Positions 16,617 through 26,047 are shown, numbered from the stretch's first letter. The stretch is 36,333 nt of DNA from a virus (IMGVR_UViG_3300002225_000010:1-36333), one strand, 5' to 3'. The notes: generated by a model not told the origin, from the letters alone. Made by a program: numbers and translations.

Positions 16617-19200
16617 AAACTAAAGCCATAATAGCACAAGGACCTGTAGCTCTTAATGCTACCCTACTGTTAGTATCGTGTGAACCGTTAAACTCAAAAG
16701 GCTCGTTGTCATAAGTATTAGGTTCATCATCTTCTTCATAGTCAGGCATAGGATCTAGCAAATCAAAAGATGGCCCAAAAGTTAAAACGCCTGGGTAAAG
16801 CCTGTGAGCAACAAGCCCAATATCAATTATTCTTGCTCTATTCGTTAACCTTGATGAAGCACCAGTTGAACCAGACTTAACATACTGACCTAATTTATTA
16901 GATAAATAATCTGCTTCGTACTTTATGCCAACAGTAACATCAGTAAATGAGCCCGTTGTTATTGAGCCACCACTCACAACTTCATCATCTTGCGCTGCAC
17001 CATCACCCCAGACACCAACAGTTTTACCATTTAAGTGATCAAGTCCTGTTAATGTAGTACCAGGTGAAGTATAAGATTTAAATGAATCAAAATGCTTGCT
17101 TTCATAGGCCGCTATTTTTGCCATCTTTTCCAAACCACGAACACCAGATCTATTAACAGTTAAGTATATCTCATCCTCAACAAGTCCCGGCAAAGTAACC
17201 ACATCTTCAATTAAACCATCAGGAGTATTAAACCTACTCCAAGCAGCAACATTTTCAGAAACATCAAATAAATATATTCGTGCGGTACCGTCATTCATTA
17301 CAACAACAATTCTTGTTTCAGGTTGGCGTACAACAGCTATGCGCTTTATCCCTTCAATACAAATATTTTGGTTAAGCATCATTAAATCGCGGCCTTTGTG
17401 ATTATCTGAACCTAGCGCGTATTCAAGCTCCATCATTTTTACGCCTGACCGTTGAACGTAATAAAGTAAATCATCTATCCTGACCGGCGTTATAGGTGCT
17501 GAACCTTGTGAAGATCCTGATTTTAAATTGGTATTAGTTGGTGTAAGTATTTCACCAAAGCTAGATGATCGAACGCTTATTTCATCCGAAGCTATACCCA
17601 TTATTAATCGAGTTGATTCACCTAGCCACTGAACAGTTTCAACAGGGCCAAAGCCTATAGTTTTAAATATAGATGCAGAATCGCCTTCTATAGTGCGATC
17701 AAAGGATGAAAATTTATCTGATACTGAGCCCCATAAATTAGTTTTGCCAGCAAACCACAAGCGGCCTTCATATAATTTATTAGCAGATGGATAACCAGAA
17801 ACATCAGACCATTGTGATTCATACCAATCACGAGTTGCTAAGATAGAGCCAAAAGGAACCAATACTTGAATAGTAACCGAAGTCCCTGCAACGTATGCGG
17901 TAACTCGTGCGATACCTTCAATAGAGCCGCCAGCAAAATCAAGAGCTAAACCGATAGTGCCAGAAGAATAATCACCGACCTTTACATGTAGTCGATAAAA
18001 TAAAATTGAATTATCAAGATCATCATCAAACGTTTTTGATTGATTACTAGTATAGCTTTCAACATCAACCCAACTAGAATCATCGGCTGATCTTTGAAGT
18101 GTTACCGTTGAACCTGTACCACTTAACGCTGAAACACTAACACTAAACTGTCTTGAGGTGCCAACACCTGTAACACGTATTGAGTTAGTGCCGGTATCTT
18201 CAACAGTAACAGAGGCGGAAACTTGCTGACCTGCAGATCCTAACTTGAATAACGCACCAACATGACCGGGTTTAAAGTAATCTGAAGATGCTGTTAACGT
18301 AGCGTTGCCATCAAGGGCGCTCGAAGCCATTGAGATATCACTATCATTTATAAATCCAAAAGGACCATCATCAGAGCTGAAATCAACAAGTGACCACGAT
18401 CTCTTTCCTCTTCGCTCAACTCTATAAATTTTACCAGTATCATGAGTAACAAAAATAACATCAGCAGATTGAGAGTAGCGAATGGTTGATAATTCAGATT
18501 CACTTATAATAGTAGGGAAAAATAACTCACCAGCACCTTCAATATTAACTGAATTAACTAATGCGCTATATTTCTCACTGTTAGATAACGTGACTGTAAA
18601 ATCACTAGTCGGAGTTATAAGTAATGAATGTGTGCCTGGTGAAAGAATTCCATTAAATATTTCATCACTGTTAGCGCCAGAGGTGCCGATTTTAACAAGA
18701 ACGTTTGATTGGAATATGTTGATATTAATACCATGTTCAGCATTAACATCACCACCTGAGACAGTTACCGTCTGATATAAAACGGCACTTGTAGAACCCG
18801 AACCTTTTAAATCAGCGTAACCACCAAAATCATGCCCTGTCGTACTACCCGCACCAGATGCATCAGTCCAACCAGAAATATCGGATGAAAAGTTAGGGTT
18901 TGTTATTGTGCTACCTACAGCTTCACGCGCAATAGGAGAATCATCAACCCATAACCTTAATTTGTTATTAGTGAATTCAAGAATAGCTTTATCGGTTACA
19001 CCAGCGACAAAAGGAACGTGATAAGTTTGGCCGGTTACCAACCCTATATATTCCATACCAGGTCGAAATTGCATAGGTCCCAAACGCAAAGGGAAAAAGT
19101 TATTCATTAACTCACACGAGTTATTAACCTTAGTCACATCATCACGAGCCAATGCAAGAGGATCAATTTCACCGCGATTAAACTTATTATATATAGCCAA
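16585..19200 (-). CDS. Tail nozzle (tail tubular protein B / gp12-like)
   Basis: FNRGEIDP..LAR.D, N.FP...G.M..RPG, YSQSADV, GYPS....YEGRLWFAG, YYVQRSG, V.AWSR. Confidence 0.9.
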   Translation of the reverse strand: MAIYNKFNRGEIDPLALARDDVTKVNNSCELMNNFFPLRLGPMQFRPGMEYIGLVTGQTYHVPFVAGVTDKAILEFTNNKLRLWVDDSPIAREAVGSTITNPNFSSDISGWTDASGAGSTTGHDFGGYADLKGSGSTSAVLYQTVTVSGGDVNAEHGININIFQSNVLVKIGTSGANSDEIFNGILSPGTHSLLITPTSDFTVTLSNSEKYSALVNSVNIEGAGELFFPTIISESELSTIRYSQSADVIFVTHDTGKIYRVERRGKRSWSLVDFSSDDGPFGFINDSDISMASSALDGNATLTASSDYFKPGHVGALFKLGSAGQQVSASVTVEDTGTNSIRVTGVGTSRQFSVSVSALSGTGSTVTLQRSADDSSWVDVESYTSNQSKTFDDDLDNSILFYRLHVKVGDYSSGTIGLALDFAGGSIEGIARVTAYVAGTSVTIQVLVPFGSILATRDWYESQWSDVSGYPSANKLYEGRLWFAGKTNLWGSVSDKFSSFDRTIEGDSASIFKTIGFGPVETVQWLGESTRLIMGIASDEISVRSSSFGEILTPTNTNLKSGSSQGSAPITPVRIDDLLYYVQRSGVKMMELEYALGSDNHKGRDLMMLNQNICIEGIKRIAVVRQPETRIVVVMNDGTARIYLFDVSENVAAWSRFNTPDGLIEDVVTLPGLVEDEIYLTVNRSGVRGLEKMAKIAAYESKHFDSFKSYTSPGTTLTGLDHLNGKTVGVWGDGAAQDDEVVSGGSITTGSFTDVTVGIKYEADYLSNKLGQYVKSGSTGASSRLTNRARIIDIGLVAHRLYPGVLTFGPSFDLLDPMPDYEEDDEPNTYDNEPFEFNGSHDTNSRVALRATGPCAIMALVYDINDKTTSK

Positions 19201-19202
19201 GG

Positions 19203-20381
19203 TTAAGGTCTCCGTCTTTGGCTTCTGCCTGAGTTACGCGAGCGAACCCATGAACCTTCAGCAATTATTCTAGGTGGTGACTGCATAACATCAATCGACT
19301 TAGCTGCACTATCACGCTTATCAAATTCAGAATTAACCTTTTTTTCTGCCCGTGGGTTTAGAGTCATATAACAATCTTTAGCTAAACGCGCACCAATCAA
19401 ACGTCTAAATGAAGGTGACCATCCATCAGGATTGTTGTAAAAATCACTTGAAACATATTGCAAATACATTTCATCTTCATCAGTGAAAAAAACTTCACCT
19501 TCATCTATGTATGTTTTTAACGGTCGTTGAAAGTACTCATCATAAAAAACACCTTCTAGTCGGTGCATATCATCAGGCTTATCGTGACCCCTTGAATATC
19601 CCCATTCTGGTTCTATTGATGAATTGTACGTGGATTTTATGGAGGTTATCGCCCAATGCCAGCCAATGTCTTCAAGAGCAGCTTCAACAAGATCAGCGTC
19701 AATAGCGGTATCTAATGTTGAACGTCTAAATGAATCATCATTAGCATCACTTATTTTTTCCAGCCCCATAATCAGCAGTGCATCGTTATAAATATTTATC
19801 CATTTCTGAGTTAATGAAGTGGTCGATGCTTTTGAACGGCGTTGAGGTTCTTTTGTTTTCTCAATGTTCAAAGCAGCTTCAACACGAGTTGAAAACTTAG
19901 CGTCTAAAATATCGTAATCTTCAGGCGCTAACCTAGTTGATATTTCACGCGCTAAATAGGTTGATACAACATGTAAGAATGAAGGTGACCACTTAGAATA
20001 AATTTCACTGTTATCAGAAGAAGAATATCGAACGTAAATAGTTGAATACTCACACGCAATAGTTCTATCTTCGTTTATGTATCTTGATACAGGCTGATCT
20101 AAACGTGAATCGCTATATACATCAACGGTAGTAATCCAGTCTTCAGGGAGATCAAATACGTTATCTAAGTCGTGGCTTGAGCTAGCGGTAGAGGATGTAA
20201 GCTTTATTGTTTTACGAGAAAAGGAAGGCTTAACAATTTCGATGCAGTAATTAACTGCACCAAAACCATAAGCTTCATCGAGCAAGCGCCTAGGCTCTCG
20301 ATTCTCAGATATTGAAGCTAACTTGCGTTCGCCTATTAGCTGTAACGCGTTGTTATATATACCTAATTTATCGATTGCCAT
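19203..20381 (-). CDS. Tail adaptor (tail tubular protein A / gp11-like), internally duplicated
   Basis: IYN.AL..IG motif, LP.D, Y, W.P.F...LA each occur twice; sits upstream of the nozzle. Confidence 0.85.
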   Translation of the reverse strand: MAIDKLGIYNNALQLIGERKLASISENREPRRLLDEAYGFGAVNYCIEIVKPSFSRKTIKLTSSTASSSHDLDNVFDLPEDWITTVDVYSDSRLDQPVSRYINEDRTIACEYSTIYVRYSSSDNSEIYSKWSPSFLHVVSTYLAREISTRLAPEDYDILDAKFSTRVEAALNIEKTKEPQRRSKASTTSLTQKWINIYNDALLIMGLEKISDANDDSFRRSTLDTAIDADLVEAALEDIGWHWAITSIKSTYNSSIEPEWGYSRGHDKPDDMHRLEGVFYDEYFQRPLKTYIDEGEVFFTDEDEMYLQYVSSDFYNNPDGWSPSFRRLIGARLAKDCYMTLNPRAEKKVNSEFDKRDSAAKSIDVMQSPPRIIAEGSWVRSRNSGRSQRRRP

Positions 20382-20388
20382 GCGTCAC

Positions 20389-20829
20389 CTATAATTTAAG
20401 AGCGGCTATGTGCTCTTCTAATTCTCGATGGGCTGTCGATTTTTTCGGGATGTCTTCTTTGATAGCCTCACCAGTTTCTTTGTTGATAATGCAATACTTT
20501 TTAGCACCACATAATTTTATTTCATACTTGTCTTCAGCGATCTGAATTTGCTCACCTTCTTCATCGATAAGATCAGCCCCACCAACGATTTTTAAACGCG
20601 CATCAGTACCCTGGGCAAACGTACAAAGCAAGTAAGCAACAAAGCTATGATCTTCAGAAATAGCGCGAACTTCATCGTGCATTTTAATTTGCGGCGCAAC
20701 GTTACACCATAATTGAGGGTTTTCAAGATCTTCTCGAGTTATGCCTTTTGGCACAATACAATCAAATCGACGATAGCGATGTTCAGCTGTTTGGAATTCG
20801 GTAGGTTTTATTGGTGTTATGTTTGACAT
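20389..20829 (-). CDS. Hypothetical protein in morphogenesis module
   Basis: Start reassigned to the ATG at 20829; the track start at 20844 lies in the terminator tail. Confidence 0.75.
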   Translation of the reverse strand: MSNITPIKPTEFQTAEHRYRRFDCIVPKGITREDLENPQLWCNVAPQIKMHDEVRAISEDHSFVAYLLCTFAQGTDARLKIVGGADLIDEEGEQIQIAEDKYEIKLCGAKKYCIINKETGEAIKEDIPKKSTAHRELEEHIAALKL

Positions 20830-20842
20830 TGTTTTATTTCCC

Positions 20843-20867
20843 AAAAAGGGGCTACATCCAGTAGCCC
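20843..20867 (-). terminator. Intrinsic terminator after capsid/decoration genes
   Basis: GGGCTAC-TGGAT-GTAGCCC-CTTTTT on minus; preceded by a second hairpin GTGCGTTCG-GTTT-CGGGCGCAC (20879-20900). Confidence 0.8.
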
Positions 20868-20913
20868 AAAGGTAAACAGTGCGCCCGAAACCGAACGCAC
20901 CTAGCCGAAAGTA

Positions 20914-21201
20914 TTAATCAGTATCGGTTAATGAAGGTGTAGCTGTACCATCAGTTAAGTTAGCGCTGCCATCAGCATTAATAGCCTTTACTACATAGTT
21001 ATGTGCAACAGTAGCGCCAACAGTATCACGTTGTTCGACTACATCACCGACAGCCATACCTAAATCTTTGCCATCAGTAATATAACCATCAACACGAACC
21101 ACTGCAGCGGCATCAGTTGAATCATAAAACCATTTCTTGCCGCCAGCCTTACCAACCATTTGAGAGGTCATTGCTGGTGGATTTGCGATTGAATAAGCCA
21201 T
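20914..21201 (-). CDS. Putative capsid decoration/cement protein
   Basis: 95 aa, beta-rich, strong TAAGGAG RBS, between MCP and the terminator. Confidence 0.6.
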   Translation of the reverse strand: MAYSIANPPAMTSQMVGKAGGKKWFYDSTDAAAVVRVDGYITDGKDLGMAVGDVVEQRDTVGATVAHNYVVKAINADGSANLTDGTATPSLTDTD

Positions 21202-21262
21202 TTTAGGGCTCCTTATTTATCAAGTTGCGAAAGGCTGAATTAACAGCCGATCACGTTAAAGC

Positions 21263-22093
21263 CTAAGACAATGCAGAATCATCATGTGGCATTTTAACTA
21301 CACCTGAGTTCTGTAATAACTTAGAACCCATGTATGTAGAACAACGCGCCCATGATTTATCGTTCTTATCATCATAACCAACGAAAGTTTGAACTCGTTC
21401 CATATCACACGCGTGACCAATAGCGTTACGCGAATACATGAAACAAGTAGCATCAGCTGTACCGGCACCAGTTAAGTTAGCATCTACAATCCAGTTAACA
21501 CCATACCAAGAGAAAGCACGATCTTTACCAACGCCTTCAAAAGGTTTCATATTAACGTAGTCAGCGGAAGCGAACTCTTTAATACCCATTAGGTAACCGT
21601 GATAAGCCGGCGTAATAGTAGCGAATACAGGCGCATCATGAACAGCGAAAGCATTACCTAACTTGGTTTTAGCTTTAGTAACTAACGTTAGAGTTGCAAT
21701 AGCAGCAGCACCCCAGGTATTAGTTGCATTATCTAAAGCGGCATAAATATCATCATCAATCTTGCGATTAATAACGGCCATAGATGTTTGTTGCATAATC
21801 TTACGGCCATCACCTTGCGATGCAAAGATGTTGAAGTTAGTACGCTCAGGAACATCATGCCACTCTTTTAAAGTAGCGGTGAATTGATTTAAGTTATCCG
21901 GGCGAGTTGGAATATCACCATTCACACCACGAGTAACTGCAGTTGCACCACCAGAATCCGCTACTAAGAAAACAGCTTCGTTACCACGAACTTCTGTTTC
22001 AGTAATTACAGAGTGACGAACAAGCGATTGACGCTTCTCGAAACCTGCAACGAATTCTTGACGGTACATGCGTTGAAATGCTGTATCAGCCAT
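21263..22093 (-). CDS. Major capsid protein
   Basis: AF...Y..EF...FEKRQS.VR..V, A.INRKIDDDI, EF.SADY, W.G..WI, L...GVV; GAGG RBS; synteny. Confidence 0.9.
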   Translation of the reverse strand: MADTAFQRMYRQEFVAGFEKRQSLVRHSVITETEVRGNEAVFLVADSGGATAVTRGVNGDIPTRPDNLNQFTATLKEWHDVPERTNFNIFASQGDGRKIMQQTSMAVINRKIDDDIYAALDNATNTWGAAAIATLTLVTKAKTKLGNAFAVHDAPVFATITPAYHGYLMGIKEFASADYVNMKPFEGVGKDRAFSWYGVNWIVDANLTGAGTADATCFMYSRNAIGHACDMERVQTFVGYDDKNDKSWARCSTYMGSKLLQNSGVVKMPHDDSALS

Positions 22094-22138
22094 GAGTAAA
22101 TCCTCGTTAAAAAATAATTAGTTTAATTACCTACAGTT

Positions 22139-22211
22139 CGAGTTAGCCTTTGATGATATTTTAACGGGTTAACCGTGGAGTTCGGGGCCGCACCATATCT
22201 ATAAGGGGTCT
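22139..22211 (-). ncRNA. Candidate cis-regulatory structured leader of MCP mRNA
   Basis: Nested pairings CCTT/AAGG, GATAT/ATATC, GCGG/CCGT, CCG/CGG with a repeated CC / YTAAC internal loop. Confidence 0.55.
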
Positions 22212-22231
22212 TACATTCAGTGTCGTTTTTA

Positions 22232-22260
22232 AATTTAATGCGTTTAACTTTTAAAGTCAA
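22232..22260 (-). promoter_or_regulatory. Sigma70-like promoter for MCP
   Basis: TTGACT-17 bp-TAAATT; -35 overlapped by the near-palindrome TTGACTTT-A-AAAGTTAA. Confidence 0.65.
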
Positions 22261-22262
22261 AT

Positions 22263-22310
22263 ATTCACATTGTAAGAAGCACTGTTTCAAATGCTTCAAG
22301 CAATGTAAAT
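22263..22310. repeat. Interrupted inverted repeat
   Basis: ACATTG-N3-GAAGCA-N10-TGCTTC-N3-CAATGT. Confidence 0.7.
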
Positions 22311-22311
22311 G

Positions 22312-22560
22312 CTATTGTATTTTAATGCCTTTCAGTTTTAATTGCATCAACGCTTTACGGCGCGACTGATAAACCTTGCACATCTTAGCATTGATATGAT
22401 TGATCAACCACCAACGGCGAACATATCGCATATGCTCACCTTCTATTGGTGGCGTATAGTTCTTTTCACTAACAACAGTTAACGGCAAGATGAAGCCTGA
22501 ACCATCGCCAGCTTCACAAGCAGCATAAACAGTATGACCGACTTTGATATCATTCTTCAT
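22312..22560 (-). CDS. Hypothetical protein
   Basis: Likely start is the ATG at 22560 (MKNDIKVG), overlapping the end of the upstream gene; 82 aa. Confidence 0.6.
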   Translation of the reverse strand: MKNDIKVGHTVYAACEAGDGSGFILPLTVVSEKNYTPPIEGEHMRYVRRWWLINHINAKMCKVYQSRRKALMQLKLKGIKIQ

Positions 22561-22876
22561 CGAGTTTTTCCCACTTGGTACTGATAAGCCATTCAATAGG
22601 CATTGCAGATAACACTTCACGACCACGGCCAGTATAAGCAGTTAATATACCACCGTTAAAAAGAACGTAATCTCCTTTAGGCCACGAGCTTATACGCATT
22701 TTTTCTTCAGGAATAAACTGATTGCTTTTTGGTTCTTCAACGTCAATGAACTTAGGATCATGATCATCATTAACAATAGCCAAAGCTAAAATTAAACCGT
22801 TAGCCTTAGCAGGATCGCGAAGGCGGTTATCTTCAATAGCCAGTTCGATATCTTTAACTTCTTGCTTAGTAGCCAT
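22550..22876 (-). CDS. Hypothetical protein
   Basis: Start at the ATG at 22876 with GGAGGT RBS; 108 aa. Confidence 0.7.
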   Translation of the reverse strand: MATKQEVKDIELAIEDNRLRDPAKANGLILALAIVNDDHDPKFIDVEEPKSNQFIPEEKMRISSWPKGDYVLFNGGILTAYTGRGREVLSAMPIEWLISTKWEKLDEE

Positions 22877-22877
22877 A

Positions 22878-23012
22878 TTAATAACCTCCACTCATAATCG
22901 TTGTAAGCTTTTGTTTCTTTTTGCCAACTCTAGCCGGTGAACGATACGTGTTTTTTCGTGTATTCGTTTTAACGGTTGAGCGACCTGAAGTATTACTTGT
23001 TTTTTTAGCCAT
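22878..23012 (-). CDS. Small highly basic protein (44 aa, not in ORF track)
   Basis: MAKKTSNTSGRSTVKTNTRKNTYRSPARVGKKKQKLTTIMSGGY; AGGTGA RBS; fills the gap with TAATATG coupling to the next gene. Confidence 0.7.
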   Translation of the reverse strand: MAKKTSNTSGRSTVKTNTRKNTYRSPARVGKKKQKLTTIMSGGY

Positions 23013-23019
23013 GTATCAC

Positions 23020-23970
23020 CTATCGTTTCATTTGCTCTTCAGCATCATAAAGTGACATTAATCGAGATTGGCTATCTTTATCTTTATGCCATGCATCAGG
23101 ATCAGCTGTCATCTTAGATTCTAATGATTTGATTTCATCATTAATAGCTTGTGTTGGATTGTTTGAGTTAGGAACAACGGTACCAGCAGGGTTAATTTTA
23201 CGGGCGATATCAGTCATAAAGATAGCGAATTCAGGCGAGTTAAATAAAGCCTGACCATTAGCTAATCGAGCATTAAGAAAATCTTCACGAATAGATTCAG
23301 GCAATTGATTAGTTAAACCTTTCATCATATTCAAATTAGTTTGAAAGTCTGGCCCCCATGCTTCTTTTAATTGACGTTGGCTAGTTTGGGTGTCAATACC
23401 GTCTTGCTGCATCATTGCATCTTCTTCAGCAATGCGAGCATTTAACATAGCGTTAGTTAATTTACCCATGGTAGCAGTACTAACGTTTTCAGCATGAGCC
23501 ACCTGATAAACTTCACCCATGATACGAGTATCAGCTTCACCAAGAACTAAACCTTCATCAATGCCTTTAGCGTAATCATCAACAGCCAAAGGAACACCGT
23601 TAGCTTCACGGTATTCTGATAATTGTTGTTCAGTGGCATCCTCAGGTAAACCAACTGGCTTAATACCTTCACGAATTTTATCTTGTGACTCAAAGTAATT
23701 TTTGGTTAACGTTTTAAAATCAGGTACGCGATCTAGTTGCGTTAATCGCTTGCCAGCAGCATCACCTTCAAGTTCAAGCGCATTTACTAAATCACTTCTC
23801 CACGTATCAGGCAAAGAATCATAAAATGGAACAACTTCACCGCCTGGTGGATCTACAGGAGCATCAGCAATAATTGGAGCGGCAGCAGGAGCATCAGCTA
23901 ATCCAGCAGGAGCATCACCACCATTTTCTTCTTCACGGAATACACGAGTTATTTGATTTAATTTAAACAT
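23020..23970 (-). CDS. Capsid scaffolding protein
   Basis: Pro/Ala/acidic N-terminus, P...D.Y, LKEAWG.DF..N, C-terminal helix-turn-helix; between portal and MCP. Confidence 0.8.
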   Translation of the reverse strand: MFKLNQITRVFREEENGGDAPAGLADAPAAAPIIADAPVDPPGGEVVPFYDSLPDTWRSDLVNALELEGDAAGKRLTQLDRVPDFKTLTKNYFESQDKIREGIKPVGLPEDATEQQLSEYREANGVPLAVDDYAKGIDEGLVLGEADTRIMGEVYQVAHAENVSTATMGKLTNAMLNARIAEEDAMMQQDGIDTQTSQRQLKEAWGPDFQTNLNMMKGLTNQLPESIREDFLNARLANGQALFNSPEFAIFMTDIARKINPAGTVVPNSNNPTQAINDEIKSLESKMTADPDAWHKDKDSQSRLMSLYDAEEQMKR

Positions 23971-24248
23971 TAGGTTTCGGCCTTGTCGTTATACGTACCT
24001 ACAGGTACATTTAATAGTTTTAGTATGTGTTGCCCGACAAAAGCGCGACCATTAAGGAATGCGGTTTCATCAAAGCTATTCGGAATATAAAGCTGGTCCT
24101 GCGCTCTACTTGTCGAATTAATAATATACTTCAAAGCTAACTGTTGCTGATATTCTGTTGCATCACCTTTTTGTAAAGATTTTAATGCGGAATGTTCAGC
24201 TTCAGTTGGCTTTCTAACTTTGAAGCACTGGTTAAGTTGTTTTGCCAT
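23970..24248 (-). CDS. Bbp19-like protein
   Basis: D.TAFLNGR.FVG..I motif; directly after the portal. Confidence 0.65.
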   Translation of the reverse strand: MAKQLNQCFKVRKPTEAEHSALKSLQKGDATEYQQQLALKYIINSTSRAQDQLYIPNSFDETAFLNGRAFVGQHILKLLNVPVGTYNDKAET

Positions 24249-25819
24249 TATTCTACTTCTCCACCGGCTTGCTGTGCAGCCATAGCAGCTTGCATTACTG
24301 CCTGTTGCTGTCTTCCTTCCATAACATTTTCAACACTATGTAACCATGTTACAGGAGCGCCGGCACCAGTAATAGCATCACGCAACGCTACGTCAAAGTT
24401 TACATTATCTGTAACGCTTGGGTCAACTTCAGCAGCTTCAGCAAGCATACGGCTAACGATATTAAATTGCGTTGTTTTCTTCTCTTCTTGTGATTCAGAC
24501 AGTGGTGATTTGAATTTAAATACTACATCACGACCTTTTAATGATTCAGGAATATCATAAGGTGAACCAAGTAAGCCAGCTTGCATAGCAATATCAAAAG
24601 ATATCTCGCACAATTGGCCGTTATATTCTGATTCAATAGGAGCAAACAGTGGTAAATTTTCACGGCGGTATTGCTTCATACGTTCTGAAACTTCGTATGC
24701 TGTCATTTCACGAGATACGCTAGGCAAAGAAAGTTTATCCAGGTAAAACGCACTTGCTAAAACCTGCTTAATAGTACCTTGCATTTCTAAACCAATCGGG
24801 AAACCACCGCGATCTTGAGCGATAGGTCTTAACGCTGCGCCCATTTTTTCATCGTACTCATCATCAACCCACGTTATACCGTCAGAGCTTAGATCAACAT
24901 CAGAACGAATAACCTTTTGCGTAGCAATCATTGGTGGTCTTGCGTAACGTTCACCAGCTTCAAGCAAAGTATGAGTCATTGATTGTAATGCTCGAGCATC
25001 AGGCAAACCAACAACGGTAGCAGGAGAGTAAGCATAAGGCGAACCCGCGATAGTTTGAAAGCGAGGTATCACATAGTACTTATGATTAATTCCAACGGCT
25101 TCAATGATATGATCGTTTGCCATATCGATATAAATTGAAACGTATGGATGCTTAGATTCAATTTCTTCATCACCGTATTGATTGGATGGCATGACCATAT
25201 GACGAATATCGCACTCTTCAAAAGGTGCATCACGTAACTTTTCTTTTATTCTTGGGTGGTTTTTGTCACCAAAATAATCATAAAGCTGCCTATAGGTAGG
25301 TTTCCATTTTCTTGTTGCGCCACATATAGAACCAGTTTCATCTTCAAACCATGCCATATCTCGCAAATGCCAACAGCGATATAATAAACCGTTAGCATAT
25401 TTGTTTAGCTCTACACTGATAACGCATTGCCCAAAGGTAGCAAAATCATGATCACCTTCTTTAGTTGAGCGAACAAAGTTAGCAGAGCGATCATCAATCA
25501 ATGACTTCAATCGGCCACCGGCCCATTGCAACCATGCTTCACCCTCATAATCAGCAAGGCCAGTTACACCAACAGAAAACCAATCTCCATCACGTAACAT
25601 TGCACTAAATGAATTACCAAGATCACGACGAACCAAAACAGGATATGAATCAACCAATAAATCAGCCAACTCATTACCTATATTACGAGTGACAGTAAAA
25701 TCAGCCCGTTCAGGATAGAAATGATCAGAGATAGTTTGATACAAAGAAAGCATTGGATACTGCTTAGTAAATAAATGCTCAGTTTGCTTTTTTAAGTCAC
25801 TAACGTCTAATTTAGCCAA
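24248..25819 (-). CDS. Portal (head-tail connector) protein
   Basis: 523 aa; D...FG, PRF......Y.YSP....LPD, PP, MTAYEV.ER, F.SPL. Confidence 0.93.
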   Translation of the reverse strand: MAKLDVSDLKKQTEHLFTKQYPMLSLYQTISDHFYPERADFTVTRNIGNELADLLVDSYPVLVRRDLGNSFSAMLRDGDWFSVGVTGLADYEGEAWLQWAGGRLKSLIDDRSANFVRSTKEGDHDFATFGQCVISVELNKYANGLLYRCWHLRDMAWFEDETGSICGATRKWKPTYRQLYDYFGDKNHPRIKEKLRDAPFEECDIRHMVMPSNQYGDEEIESKHPYVSIYIDMANDHIIEAVGINHKYYVIPRFQTIAGSPYAYSPATVVGLPDARALQSMTHTLLEAGERYARPPMIATQKVIRSDVDLSSDGITWVDDEYDEKMGAALRPIAQDRGGFPIGLEMQGTIKQVLASAFYLDKLSLPSVSREMTAYEVSERMKQYRRENLPLFAPIESEYNGQLCEISFDIAMQAGLLGSPYDIPESLKGRDVVFKFKSPLSESQEEKKTTQFNIVSRMLAEAAEVDPSVTDNVNFDVALRDAITGAGAPVTWLHSVENVMEGRQQQAVMQAAMAAQQAGGEVE

Positions 25820-26033
25820 GAGTATTACTTCCGCTTAAGATGGTACTTGTGCGGCCAGATGTTTTACGTCTAGCTTCGCGCTCTAGTTTTCTTCTAGCAT
25901 CAGCATCATCAGGATCAGGAGCCAATGCAGGGTCTTTAACTTCAGGCATGTCAGGCGATGAAAGTAATGAATCCGATGCGCCCAATGTCGCAATATTTAA
26001 CGCTTTCTTTCCAAATTTCTTTATGTCACCCAT
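25812..26033 (-). CDS. Small virion protein upstream of portal (T7 gp6.7/7.3-like position)
   Basis: Pro-rich middle, basic RRKTSGRTSTILS C-terminal motif. Confidence 0.6.
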   Translation of the reverse strand: MGDIKKFGKKALNIATLGASDSLLSSPDMPEVKDPALAPDPDDADARRKLEREARRKTSGRTSTILSGSNTLG

Positions 26034-26047
26034 GGTAAACTCGCTTT

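Noticed and set aside
21202-21265. T7 10B-like frameshift or readthrough extension of the capsid protein
   Set aside because: No slippery sequence seen; readthrough meets TGA after three codons; the downstream gene has its own strong RBS.
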